From: Octopus bimaculoides
Lineage: Eukaryota
Length of the DNA: 61,216 bases
Reading direction: 5' to 3'
NCBI RefSeq assembly: GCF_001194135.2
Contig: NC_069005.1
Location: 35,159,944 to 35,221,159 of the forward strand
In this document: positions 12,801 to 24,700 of the stretch, piece after piece
How positions within the stretch are numbered: the first letter of the stretch is position 1
Layout: each line of letters starts with the position of its first letter
The notes under the pieces: model-generated
Told to the model about the DNA's origin: nothing
Database searches by the model: none
What the model saw: only the letters and a program-made list of their open reading frames with translations
Position numbers and translations under genes: made by a program

Positions 12801-15800
12801 GCTGCAGCAACAGCAGACTTTAGGTTGTTGGTGTCACACAGTAGGGGGGGGGTGACTTAAGTTTTGCACGAAAGCCGGGAGCCTGGCATGAAACGGATTT
12901 ATATACACACCCACACACAACCGTGTGTGTGGGTGTCCTGTTTAAATCCTGCAGAACACAAGAGCTATTGAATATATTATATATATATATATATATATAC
13001 TTATGATGATATATTTGCGACGTGTGTGTGTGTCCAGACACTATATATACACACACAGACTGTGTTTACATCTGCAGTTGTGATCCATGGGCTCTAACGG
13101 ATACATCACATCCANNNNNNNNNNNNNNNNNNNNNNNNNNNNNNNNNNNNNNNNNNNNNNNNNNNNNNNNNNNNNNNNNNNNNNNNNNNNNNNNNNNNNN
13201 NNNNNNNNNNNNNNNNNNNNNNNNNNNNNNNNNNNNNNNNNNNNNNNNNNNNNNNNNNNNNNNNNNNNNNNNNNNNNNNNNNNNNNNNNNNNNNNNNNNN
13301 NNNNNNNNNNNNNNNNNNNNNNNNNNNNNNNNNNNNNNNNNNNNNNNNNNNNNNNNNNNNNNNNNNNNNNNNNNNNNNNNNNNNNNNNNNNNNNNNNNNN
13401 NNNNNNNNNNNNNNNNNNNNNNNNNNNNNNNNNNNNNNNNNNNNNNNNNNNNNNNNNNNNNNNNNNNNNNNNNNNNNNNNNNNNNNNNNNNNNNNNNNNN
13501 NNNNNNNNNNNNNNNNNNNNNNNNNNNNNNTTTTTTTTTTTTTTTTTTGTAGAGATATATTTCAGACCACATTATCTTACGAGTCTTTTTGGATGTAATA
13601 TAAGGTAATATAAGGTGGTTTGGCTGTTATTTCTAGTGTTTTGAGTGTCCACATAGAGACTCCCTCTTTAGTTCGACCCTGCGTTTAGTTGTTAGTGTAT
13701 ATGTGTATGCGTTAGTGAATGCATACTTCTTAGTGTATATGCATGTGTATATTTCTGTGTGTTTCATTGACCGCGAAAGAGAAAAAAACAAATGTGACCT
13801 TGTTCGGATCTGAACTCAGAACGTCAATGTCTGGAACTAAACCTTGCAGCCGTAGCGGTTTGTCAATCCTGTGCTTATGCTATGTAAAGAAGCTATGTTT
13901 ACTTTTGAAGATCTTGTAAATGAAAAAGTCCTCCTTCCCTCCGGGGGTTTTGGTATTCTTTGCAGAAAATATTTCGGAAGTAAAAGATCTATTAAACCAG
14001 AACCCATCCAAGGTCCGCCAGTGTTAGAGTGTTCTTTAAACCTTTAAATCAGTAGTTCTCAACCGTCGCTCCTAGGACCGCATTCAGCCCTCATGCATCC
14101 TTGCATCCTCCCGGTGGCCCTCAACGGTTTTCCCTCTATAAATATAATAAACTTTTCTTTAATTAATTTGTATTTTATCTTTCTTTTTTTATTTTATTTT
14201 GTGCGGCCCCCTAAAACATCCAGGTTTTGGATCTGGGCTTGGATACTAAAAACGGTTGGGAATCGCTGCTCTAAATAATGAAAATTTAATGCACTAGTGA
14301 CATCTTTAGTACAGCAAGGGCTAAACAATGTCGAGACAAACCGCAGTGACATAAGTCCGAGAGAAAGCAGCATTTTTCGAGTGAGAGTAACTATAACAAG
14401 CTGTAATAGTGTAGAATATTTTGAGGGAGCAATTATCGTCCAGGGAGCAGAAGGAAGGGAGCGGTATTTTGGAAAGGTTGTAGCAGATGATTTATTATTA
14501 TTATTGGAGATAATTATTTTTATAACTACTAAGGAAAAACAACACACCTGACCTTCTTTAGAATCAGACATTGGCGGAAGAAAGGAAAGATGTTAACCCC
14601 AAACCGGAGGCACGGTTCAGCTAATGGCTGAGTGTCTTTAGCAGAGTCTGCCCCTACTAAAAACACGTAGCATTTAGCTGATGATACTAAACCGAGTGGA
14701 GAAGAAATAAGTCTGCTAAGTGGAATCCATCAAAAATACGTTAGGGATTAGCTGTCCCTTGTGAAGAGTTCTCGCAGTCAACATCGGTGACCAGATGAAG
14801 TATTAAGGACGCCAGTAATAGAGAAAGGTTGACATTTCTGAGGAGCATTGTACAGTTGTGTGCCCCCCACCGCCGTCGCCACATCACCTTCACTACTGCT
14901 ACCATCACCACCACCGTTATTACTACTTTTACGACTAATCAACAGTGCGTGTGTGTTGGTCATGTGACCGTGTGAATAATTTATTGGTGTACGAACTCAA
15001 AGGAAACGAGTTCAAATCTATGAGTGCCATTTCGCTTTGTTTCTAGGTAGACCACGTCATTCTTTAATGGGAATATTGCACGAGATAGACCGGCGTTCTC
15101 TCCAGGTACAGATGTGTCTCTCTCATAGCACTACGACGCTTGCAAACACAAACTAGCGCCGGTCTCTTTCCGTTTTCCACTTTCATCGCCATCATCACCG
15201 TCATCATCATTTATCGGCTATAACTTGTGAATGATATAAAACAACATGACAGACTCGCCTCATCATCATCATCATCAGCAGCAATCATGGTACCAATTTC
15301 TATCAAGCTATTGGCAATGAATTTAGAAGCACAGCCACTGTTTCATCTTCTCGTGGTCGGTTTTACGGCAGCGTATTTTCTATGACCTTAAAAACTCTCT
15401 TATAGAATTCCATTATAGAATCTTAATTGGTGCCTGGCTGAGCTTCCTGTTATATTAAGAACGGCACACTTACGTAAGTGTGACGACAAGAGTCGGGGCC
15501 TATACATGGCCCGATCTGAGAACAACAGAGAACCTCCTCAACAGATGGCGTTTACCGAACGACCACCCTAGCAACGATAGGGAGTTGGCAGCAGCACAGA
15601 TGGGGAATAGTTGTGAACACCGCCTGTATGCTCCCATCTAAGGCTTATCTGTGTGTGTGAGAGAAGGAGAGAGAGAGAGCAGGATGGATGTATCTGTCTA
15701 TTTTCAATCGCTTGGTACTCTCTCGAAATTTTCAACTTAGCGCCACCTATCGATGCTGATTATAACGACGTCTGCGCGCGCACTACAAAAGAGCAGCAAG

Positions 15801-18800
15801 GTGAGAAGCATGCAACAAGACAGCAACATGTACAACTACAAGATAAGACTAAATATTGATCAGACGTTAATTAGAATGAGATATTATATAGTTAGTGGCA
15901 GCGGCGGTGGTGGGGATGGTGGTGTCGGTTGTGTGGTGTATGTACTGTGGTTTATGATGTTGTGCAAGTGGTGTATGCACTGGTGTGGTTAATGCTATAG
16001 TACCAATATTTCCATACCTCATTGCAGCGTTATTCTTCATCCAAACCTAAAGCACAATTCTTTGAACTTTTGAGACTCTTCAAAAATCGATTTTCATTCA
16101 ATATTTCTCAAAGATATTTGTATCGATCTGTGAGCAATGATAGATATTTGTATTGATCTGTAAATTCGGAGTCTAAAGAGAAAGATCGAACTATTTCTAA
16201 CATAGGAGTGAGCGGGATGTGGAGCGGAGGTTGAGTTTGCCGCAATACTTGGTTACTGTTTAATCTCTCCACCCTGAAAGGTTAAAAAGTGTATTTGACT
16301 CCAACGGAATTCGAACTCTGAATGCAATTAGACACCCTCAGAAACCACCGATTCCACCAGACACCCTTCTTCCCAAATCTATGCTCTCGTTCATTGTTTA
16401 TTTTTATCTTTTATATATTATCTTCATCCAGTTTTTTCTCTTTAATTTTCCATTTAACAGTCTTCTATCAATCTGTCTGTCTGTCTGTCTAAAATATTAA
16501 TGGTATGGCTACGGCTGGACCGTCTTTGATTCTTTCTACAATATAACAACATGAGTTAACTATGTACTAACCAGTGGCGTGCGGTGACTGCTGGGGTCGG
16601 GCATGCAATGAATTTCCCCCCACCCACCCCGCACTGGCAATTTTTCAGTAAAAGAATTTTCGTATTCCTACGATTTACATATGGTAGATTCTGAATATGC
16701 AACCACCCTCGTATGACCTAGAATAAGCAGAGAATAAAAAATGGCTCTGTAGAGATGAGCCTGAAATAAGTGTATTGTTTGTATCTTTCTCTCTCTTCGA
16801 AACGTCAGTACTTTCCCATCCTCGATCTCCCTTAAAAATGTCTAAAAATCATAAGTGTAATGGAATAAAGATGAAATTAGATTCTGTTAATATTTTTGCA
16901 TATTCGGAATCTCTGTTAAAGGTAGGAATCCGAAAAAATTTTTTCACAAAATTTCGTTTTTCAAAGGGGTGCGATTCTGCATTAGCCCCTATACCTATTG
17001 GTTCAGCTGAATCAATTCGAAATGATTTAATAAAGAGAACATATTTAGTTACATTATATGGCCATGGTTTTAGATAGTTACCCTCTCGAAGACAAGTCAG
17101 GTGCTTTATCATGCTCCTTGTCAATTCCTGGAAAATTATTGATACTCAAGCAGACTGTTCTGAGACTTACTGAACTCCGTATATTAAAAGACTACGTCTA
17201 ACGCACACACATTGAAAATACACGCATATACATGAATACACACACAATGAAAGACAGCGAAAATTCAACATTGTAAAAAGCCATCCAAACTGAAACTTTA
17301 AACACATAAACACACTATNNNNNNNNNNAAAAAAAAAAACTGCTGTGGCAGAAGTCAGCATCTCTGAGATTGAAACAAGACATTTACGGCCGTAAATACA
17401 CTACAACCGGCAGCACAGAAAGGAAAACCTATGTAGGTTAGGTGTGACGAAGAAGTCGANNNNNNNNNNTCCGATTCCTGCATCGACTCCATATTTTTCC
17501 CCTAATATATCATAAAAGACTGAAAAATTATCAAGTTTTGAAAATGGCTACTTTTAGATAAGAACACACGTAAATTGTCTGAGTAAATTTTAAGTCAATT
17601 TCAACAAAACGGAAAAAATAACGTTAGTCAAATTAATTTAAGATTAATTAGTTACTTCTGAAATTCAGAACACTCCAAAAATATAATAATGCAAACATGC
17701 TTTGGATAAAAACAAAATTCAAACTTACCGCCAAGTTGTTCCAACATGTCGTCTGGCTAACTCAGGAATTCTGGGATTGTTCAGGTCAGAAAGTGGAACG
17801 GGGCTGGTAACAATTGTACACAAACAAAGAGGCGGAGGTGAGGGGTGTCACGTGCGTCTTCTCAAAGCAGACGACCGAATCTCTGAGAGAGGGGGAAGGG
17901 GAGGCAGAATATATTAGAAAACACCTGGACGCAGTTTCTTTGGAAAAAAAAAGTAACTATTTTATCGAATTTTCCGATGATATCGATAAGAAATCACATC
18001 GCATGCAACGCTTAGCTTGTATGCCTGAGAGTGCATACCCCTGGTACTAACTATTTAGAAAATTTGTTCTCCATCCTTTAGAACCATTAGGTCGAAGTTT
18101 GAGTCAATGAGATGTTTAGATGGCTCAGAGTACAAAACCAATTCTTGAACAAAGACCCCAGTGTATTACAGGGTCGACCGCTGATCTTCATTGAAATTGG
18201 GTAAAATTAACAGAAGTATTTTGCTCAAAGACTCAGTCCAAGAATCGAACTGCCAAACTAACAATCGCATGCCCAATGGCTTAATTACTCGGCCACTGAC
18301 CTTCACAAAATTGTCGAAAAGGTTTTGCTATTTACACTGTTCCAGATTGAATTTAGAGAATGGCGATTCCGACGACCATCTGTGCCATAATGTTAAAGAA
18401 CCCTCGGAACTCTTTCAGTGTCTGAAAAGACTGATAGGTGGGAAGGGACGCAGCAGTTACCCTTAAATCGGTGACTTAAGCTAGGATACTTTCAACAGAG
18501 TGGACCCCGCTAAGGGGTCCACTCTGATGATGTTCCACTGGGTAACAACAGTGTGGGCCTTACTAAAGATAGCAAAGGACCAGTTGGTGGGGTTCGAGGG
18601 ACGGCTTCACTCTGTCAACCAACACAAACAGTCTCTCCCCCCCTCTCTCTCTGACCACAAAATGTTCTCTTTTGCATCAACTGACCTCCACAACAGTAAA
18701 AATTCTTAATTACTGGACAACTGGCCACTGCAACAGTTCCATGGTTATTTTATTTTTATNNNNNNNNNNNNNNNNNNNNNNNNNNNNNNNNNNNNNNNNN

Positions 18801-19540
18801 NNNNNNNNNNNNNNNNNNNNNNNNNNNNNNNNNNNNNNNNNNNNNNNNNNNNNNNNNNNNNNNNNNNNNNNNNNNNNNNNNNNNNNNNNNNNNNNNNNNN
18901 NNNNNNNNNNNNNNNNNNNNNNNNNNNNNNNNNNNNNNNNNNNNNNNNNNNNNNNNNNNNNNNNNNNNNNNNNNNNNNNNNNNNNNNNNNNNNNNNNNNN
19001 NNNNNNNNNNNNNNNNNNNNNNNNNNNNNNNNNNNNNNNNNNNNNNNNNNNNNNNNNNNNNNNNNNNNNNNNNNNNNNNNNNNNNNNNNNNNNNNNNNNN
19101 NNNNNNNNNNNNNNNNNNNNNNNNNNNNNNNNNNNNNNNNNNNNNNNNNNNNNNNNNNNNNNNNNNNNNNNNNNNNNNNNNNNNNNNNNNNNNNNNNNNN
19201 NNNNNNNNNNNNNNNNNNNNNNNNNNNNNNNNNNNNNNNNNNNNNNNNNNNNNNNNNNNNNNNNNNNNNNNNNNNNNNNNNNNNNNNNNNNNNNNNNNNN
19301 NNNNNNNNNNNNNNNNNNNNNNNNNNNNNNNNNNNNNNNNNNNNNNNNNNNNNNNNNNNNNNNNNNNNNNNNNNNNNNNNNNNNNNNNNNNNNNNNNNNN
19401 NNNNNNNNNNNNNNTAGTAACAAGATAATTAACAAACAGCAACAAACTCCACTGCCACCCCACCCCCACCCGTTCCCTGCCCACACAGATTTTATCCCAG
19501 ACACCAATCTGACGGTAAAGTCAGACATTCTGCACACGTT

Positions 19541-19586
<46 letters not shown>

Positions 19587-21448
19587 TCGTTTCGTTTTCT
19601 TATCCTCAAACCACAGTCGGAGTGTGAGACGTTATTTTGATCGTCGCTTCCATGTTTAATAATCGTTTATACCAGTGATATATTGGGTAGGTAGGTACAT
19701 GTATTCCAATAATTGTTAATGGATCACTTTATCAACGCTGGATATTTCACCATAGAGTGTCATGGTAGGACTCTCTTAGACCCACTAGTCCATTTTATGC
19801 CAGCCTGGTTCACCTTCGATCCTATTCAGACTTTCGACGGTTGTAAAATGGAATCCCAAATTGAATTGGTTCAAGCGTGGTCCGAATGTGTTAGTTTGTA
19901 TTACAAGCGTGAGAGAGCCTATTGACCACATATTATCGATAACATTGTAAACGTTTGTGAGTCGCCGCCATCGACTGTCAAGTGACAATACACTAAAACA
20001 ATTATCGACACCGAAAAAGGCAACAACAGCAAAGCAATATTTTAGTATGTTACCCTGCGCCATCGTCTAAAACAAAACTACGATAGACTTCAGTGTCTTT
20101 TAAAGCAAGAAATGTCTGTTCAGAAGCTGGAACTCAAATTGGCCGGTGACAAGTAATAAAAGCAACGCAGACACAAATACAGGTATATCAAATACACTAC
20201 AACATAATTTATTTTTTTTTATTAAAATGATCTCCGCCTCAAAAGGATGTCTTTTAATTACCAAATGGCAATTAAAACCAGGGCGGATAGTCTCAATTAA
20301 CATAGCATTAAGGAAAAGGACAGGCGTTGTCTGGAGATTAAAGAACAGCCTTGTTTCTGCCTGAGTAGGCGCCATTAGTACGAGGTATATGTGAGTGTGT
20401 GTAAAAATATGTATGTACACACACACATACATACATACATATACACATACAGAGAGAGAGAGAGAGAGAGAGAAGCTGATGACACTGTCCTGTTATTTTT
20501 CAATCAATCACCGATGACAAATTCTGATTGTCATCAATATGTATCGATAACCAATGACATTGCTTCATCTACTCTAATATTTACATTTACTCACGTGACA
20601 CTTGCACGTGGTACACACCAGCTACACCCAGAGTACAGATTTCGTACTTATATACGCGATACATCTTAAAGCACACTCGTGGTACACACAGTACTTACTT
20701 GGTACCTAGAATTCGCACACGCGTTGTGTAGAAGGTAGAGAAAGGATGATAGCCACTAATTCACTGATTCTTTGTCACTGTGTTTCTTTAAGTGTGTATG
20801 AAAACTTAAAATATTGGATAGAAAAACAGATTAGTTATCAAATCTCAAATTTAAATTGCATAGAAAATACGTGTGTGTGTGTGTAATACTAGATAGTAAC
20901 TAGAGTCATATACATACATACAAACATACACTGATAAACACACACACACACATATATATATATATATTTACATATATACATATATATATATTTACACTCA
21001 CACATAAGTAAACAACTTAATGAAACATCTCAAGTGTATAAAGATCATCTAATTGCATATGTTCATCAATTAACACTTATTAACTTCTTCAATGTATATA
21101 CTTATGTATATATGTATGTATTCATGTATGTATGTATTTATCTATATATATATATATATAACACATATACATATGTATATATGTGTATGTATGTGGAGAG
21201 ATTGAATTCTATTCTGAGTGTTTATAACTACATATTGTGCGCGTGCGCATTCTGAATGGTCGTACTTTTGTAAATGCAAAGCTCTGTGCAGGTGTGTTGC
21301 ACGTACAGATGTCTAAGTGCAGCTCACATGCACATCTGTTCGTGTATGCGTGTGTGTGTGTGTGTGTGTGTATGAAAACGTGATATTTCATTAATATTAC
21401 ACCATCATTTCCATCTTCACTTCCTTACAATTATATACATATACCTTC

Positions 21449-21509
<61 letters not shown>

Positions 21510-21728
21510 TACACACACACATATACACACATATTTTCATTCTATACATTAATATTACACCCTGTACTTCTCCCCACCCCAACACTAACTCCACCATCCC
21601 CATTGCTCTACAATTAGGTCAACTGATCACATGACACGCACAATCTCTCTATTTCAAACTGATTATCCAGCTTCTACCTCCTCTTCCTCCCACCTCTACT
21701 TCACTATATCTTAACTCTCTCTCTCTCA

Positions 21729-21770
<42 letters not shown>

Positions 21771-24700
21771 GTCCCATGTTTCTCTAAATCAATTCTGATC
21801 AAAGAGAAACCAAGACATTCCAGCCGTGATTATCCAAACTTTCTCCTAATCACTGTTGTATTCACGAGTACTTTATTCAATGTCGCTTCTTTTTAACAAT
21901 GATAGGATGTGATTTGGATGAGATTTTGCTGCTATGTCTAGCAAACCGTGTCAGCACAAATGAGATGAACCTCAATAGATTACAGCCGTTTACCTATTAA
22001 CCCTGCTTGGGTTACAGATTGCACTCTGACTTGTGTCGCCCTCTACCGTCTGAACTTGATCTCCGTACATTACTGGTACTTAAATACTGACCCCGGTGAA
22101 GTAAAAAGTTATGTTGGCTCTGGCATCATTTGATCTCAGAATGTCGAAATAACGAAATACTGCCACAACTCCCCTCTTTCTTTCTTTCTTAATCGTAATA
22201 AATACTGACAAAATTAATCGAACTCATCATTAAACCAATTCATGTGTGTCTATTGTCTTTTGTAGGTTCCTAAACTACAGTCCCGATGTGAAGTTTACCA
22301 AAATCCGGACAGTGATATACGAAGCTTTCCGCGTCTGGAGTCAGGTGACTCACCTCACTTTTACCGAGATTATGTTTGGATCAGCCAAGAAGGACGCCGA
22401 CATCCGGATTATGTTTGCGCAAAAATTCCATCACGATGGATATCCATTCGATGGACCAGGTTAGTTTCTCTCACCATAGTGGCCCGATAGCCGCACCGGC
22501 TAGCAATAACAGTCAAACTACCATCACAATTTGGAAGGAGACACGAGGTAATAATGTAGGTCTAGAAATACTGAATAAAAGATAAGGTGGTTACGGTTGG
22601 AATGACGCCAGGTGGATCAATCTGACCTAGGGTTAAGCAACAACAACAATAACCATTACACCAACATCCTTTTGTAATCGCTACACCACCATCACTCCAT
22701 CATCCCTCTTACCATGACCACCACTACAACAACGATCCGATAAGGGAGCCTGTATGTGGCAGCTCAACTTGCTAGAAATAAGTATCAAATCTCTTCCAAA
22801 TTACATTTTACAGTCTTTTAAAAAAATATTAGTGAGGGTCATATTGGACAATGTAGTCCTATATGTACTACATCTGAAATTAGACGTGTTTGTCACGGTT
22901 GGAACGGGTGTCTATAAGTCTGTTAGATCAAAACTAATCTGTGGCTAAACAACATCGTCACTTTTATGTAGAAAATTGAGGGTGAGCTGCGAGTATAATT
23001 GACTTCAGTATATAACTGGTACTGGACCCAAGAAGGATAAAAGGAAGGCGTCTAGAATTGAACTTTAAATTTACAACATAAAATAGTGTGTGTGTGTGTG
23101 TGTATACGTGTGTGTAGCTGTGTGTGAATGTATGTTTGAGCGTATGAGAGTGTATGTATGCATAAATGGAATGTTTGTGTTTGCATGTATCTATACGAAT
23201 GCGTATGTATGCGTGTTTGTGTCTATTCGTGCATCTATGCATGTGTTTGTGTGTGATGTTGCCATCCCCGATTGACCTCTGACTCTCTCTTTTGTCCAGG
23301 CAATATTCTGGCTCACGCATTCTTCCCGGGTGAAAACAAAGGAGGAGACGCACATTTTGATGATGACGAGAATTGGACAGTCGATTCTGATGAAGGTAAG
23401 TGCCACTATCCGGCTGTACCTCTGCCGGGTACATCTCTACCTGGGTACATGTCACCCATTAGCAGTAATAGATAATGAGTTCTTGAATTAACATGAGACC
23501 ACAAGCCTAAAAGAAATGCAATCAATACTCTCCACCCGAGAACACGACTGGTACAACGACAACAATCAGATACGCAAGCATTTACTGCCCACCTCCACCC
23601 TTACGCGGCGATTAATTTTTTATGGGTAGCGATACTGTTCACTACGGACAGAGAGCAGACGGGTATCACTCACCGCCGCTACCTACTACTACTACTACTA
23701 CATAACTGCATTGAGTCCGTCCGTCCGACAGTGTAGCAACAGATGACTATGATTTAGACTGATGAGTGAGGTTAATGTTTAACTACGAGTGTTCGGTTTA
23801 AAGATTAAAGTAGGCTGATAGGAGGGGAGAAGTACGAGGTGGAGGGAAGTGAGACAGAGTAGGTCGAGAGATGAAAAAGGATCAGACACTGGCGTAGGGA
23901 CGTAAAAAGTTGGAGAGGCTACAGCGTGACACTGATCACGTGACTGGAGTAGGGGACATATCTAGAGTGACCTCCCTTGTTTTTATTTCCCCACAAAAAT
24001 TTTAATTCAAATAAAGATGAATATATTTTGCTCAGGAGAATAGGATCCCCCCTCCCCACCATAGTATGAGTGTTAGGTACACGACGTAGTTACAAACATA
24101 TGAACGGATAAATATGTCAATGGACTTACACAGACATCTTCATATTCACAAGCAGAGAAAATTGACGTCCAATGTGTACTTTATCTGTGTACTCGATCGG
24201 TAAACACGAGTTCTTTTTTAGTTTATTGTTCCGTCGTTTGATTTCAAATATTTTAACGAACTCTTCTCCATTCTGTTGACAAAATGTTAACTTTTAAACC
24301 GCAGGATTCGTTATATCTTCTTCTCCCTCTTTCTCCCTCTCCCTTCTTTCAAGTTCTTGTTTCTTGTTGTGTATAGAAGGGATGAGATACCCCCCCCCCA
24401 GTCCGTCATGCTTGATCGCCTTTGGAACGGATGGTCAAGCGCGTCCAATGAATAAAGATTTTGGACTGAAATTCCTTTGAATTAATTCAAGGAAATGTTC
24501 GAATGGCTTACAACTATTAATCTGATATTTCTCACCTTTTGGAAAAACTTATTTTCATGTCTTGCTTTCAAAACACGAATCAGGTTTTTTGCTTTAATTT
24601 TGCATAATTGATTAGTTTCTAAATTTTGAATAATTTTGAATAATTTTGAATCGAGATGACACAAGGGAGATAACTTGTCCTACTCTTATTTCTACGCAAG

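Noticed and set aside
14658-14722. CTGATGA...GAAATAAGTC resembling a hammerhead
   Set aside because: Stem II is not adjacent to GAAA and stem I does not pair next to the cleavage site.
16760-16810. CGAAACGTCAGTA, a hammerhead-like right half (similar GAAACGT at 8286 and 9938)
   Set aside because: No upstream CUGANGA or stem II.
16571-17700. DNA-transposon-like fragments, a CAGTGGCG terminus and a 16-bp palindrome at 17382-17397
   Set aside because: No matched TIR pair or target duplication could be defined, and gaps interrupt the region.
18540-18720. Possible Gypsy integrase C-terminal remnant on - (…VDRVKP)
   Set aside because: Only a six-residue resemblance, with stops and frameshifts; too weak without a profile search.
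24378-24470. Small structured segment with GATGA...CTGA, a possible C/D snoRNA
   Set aside because: Box C is imperfect, and there is no terminal stem or recognisable rRNA antisense element.
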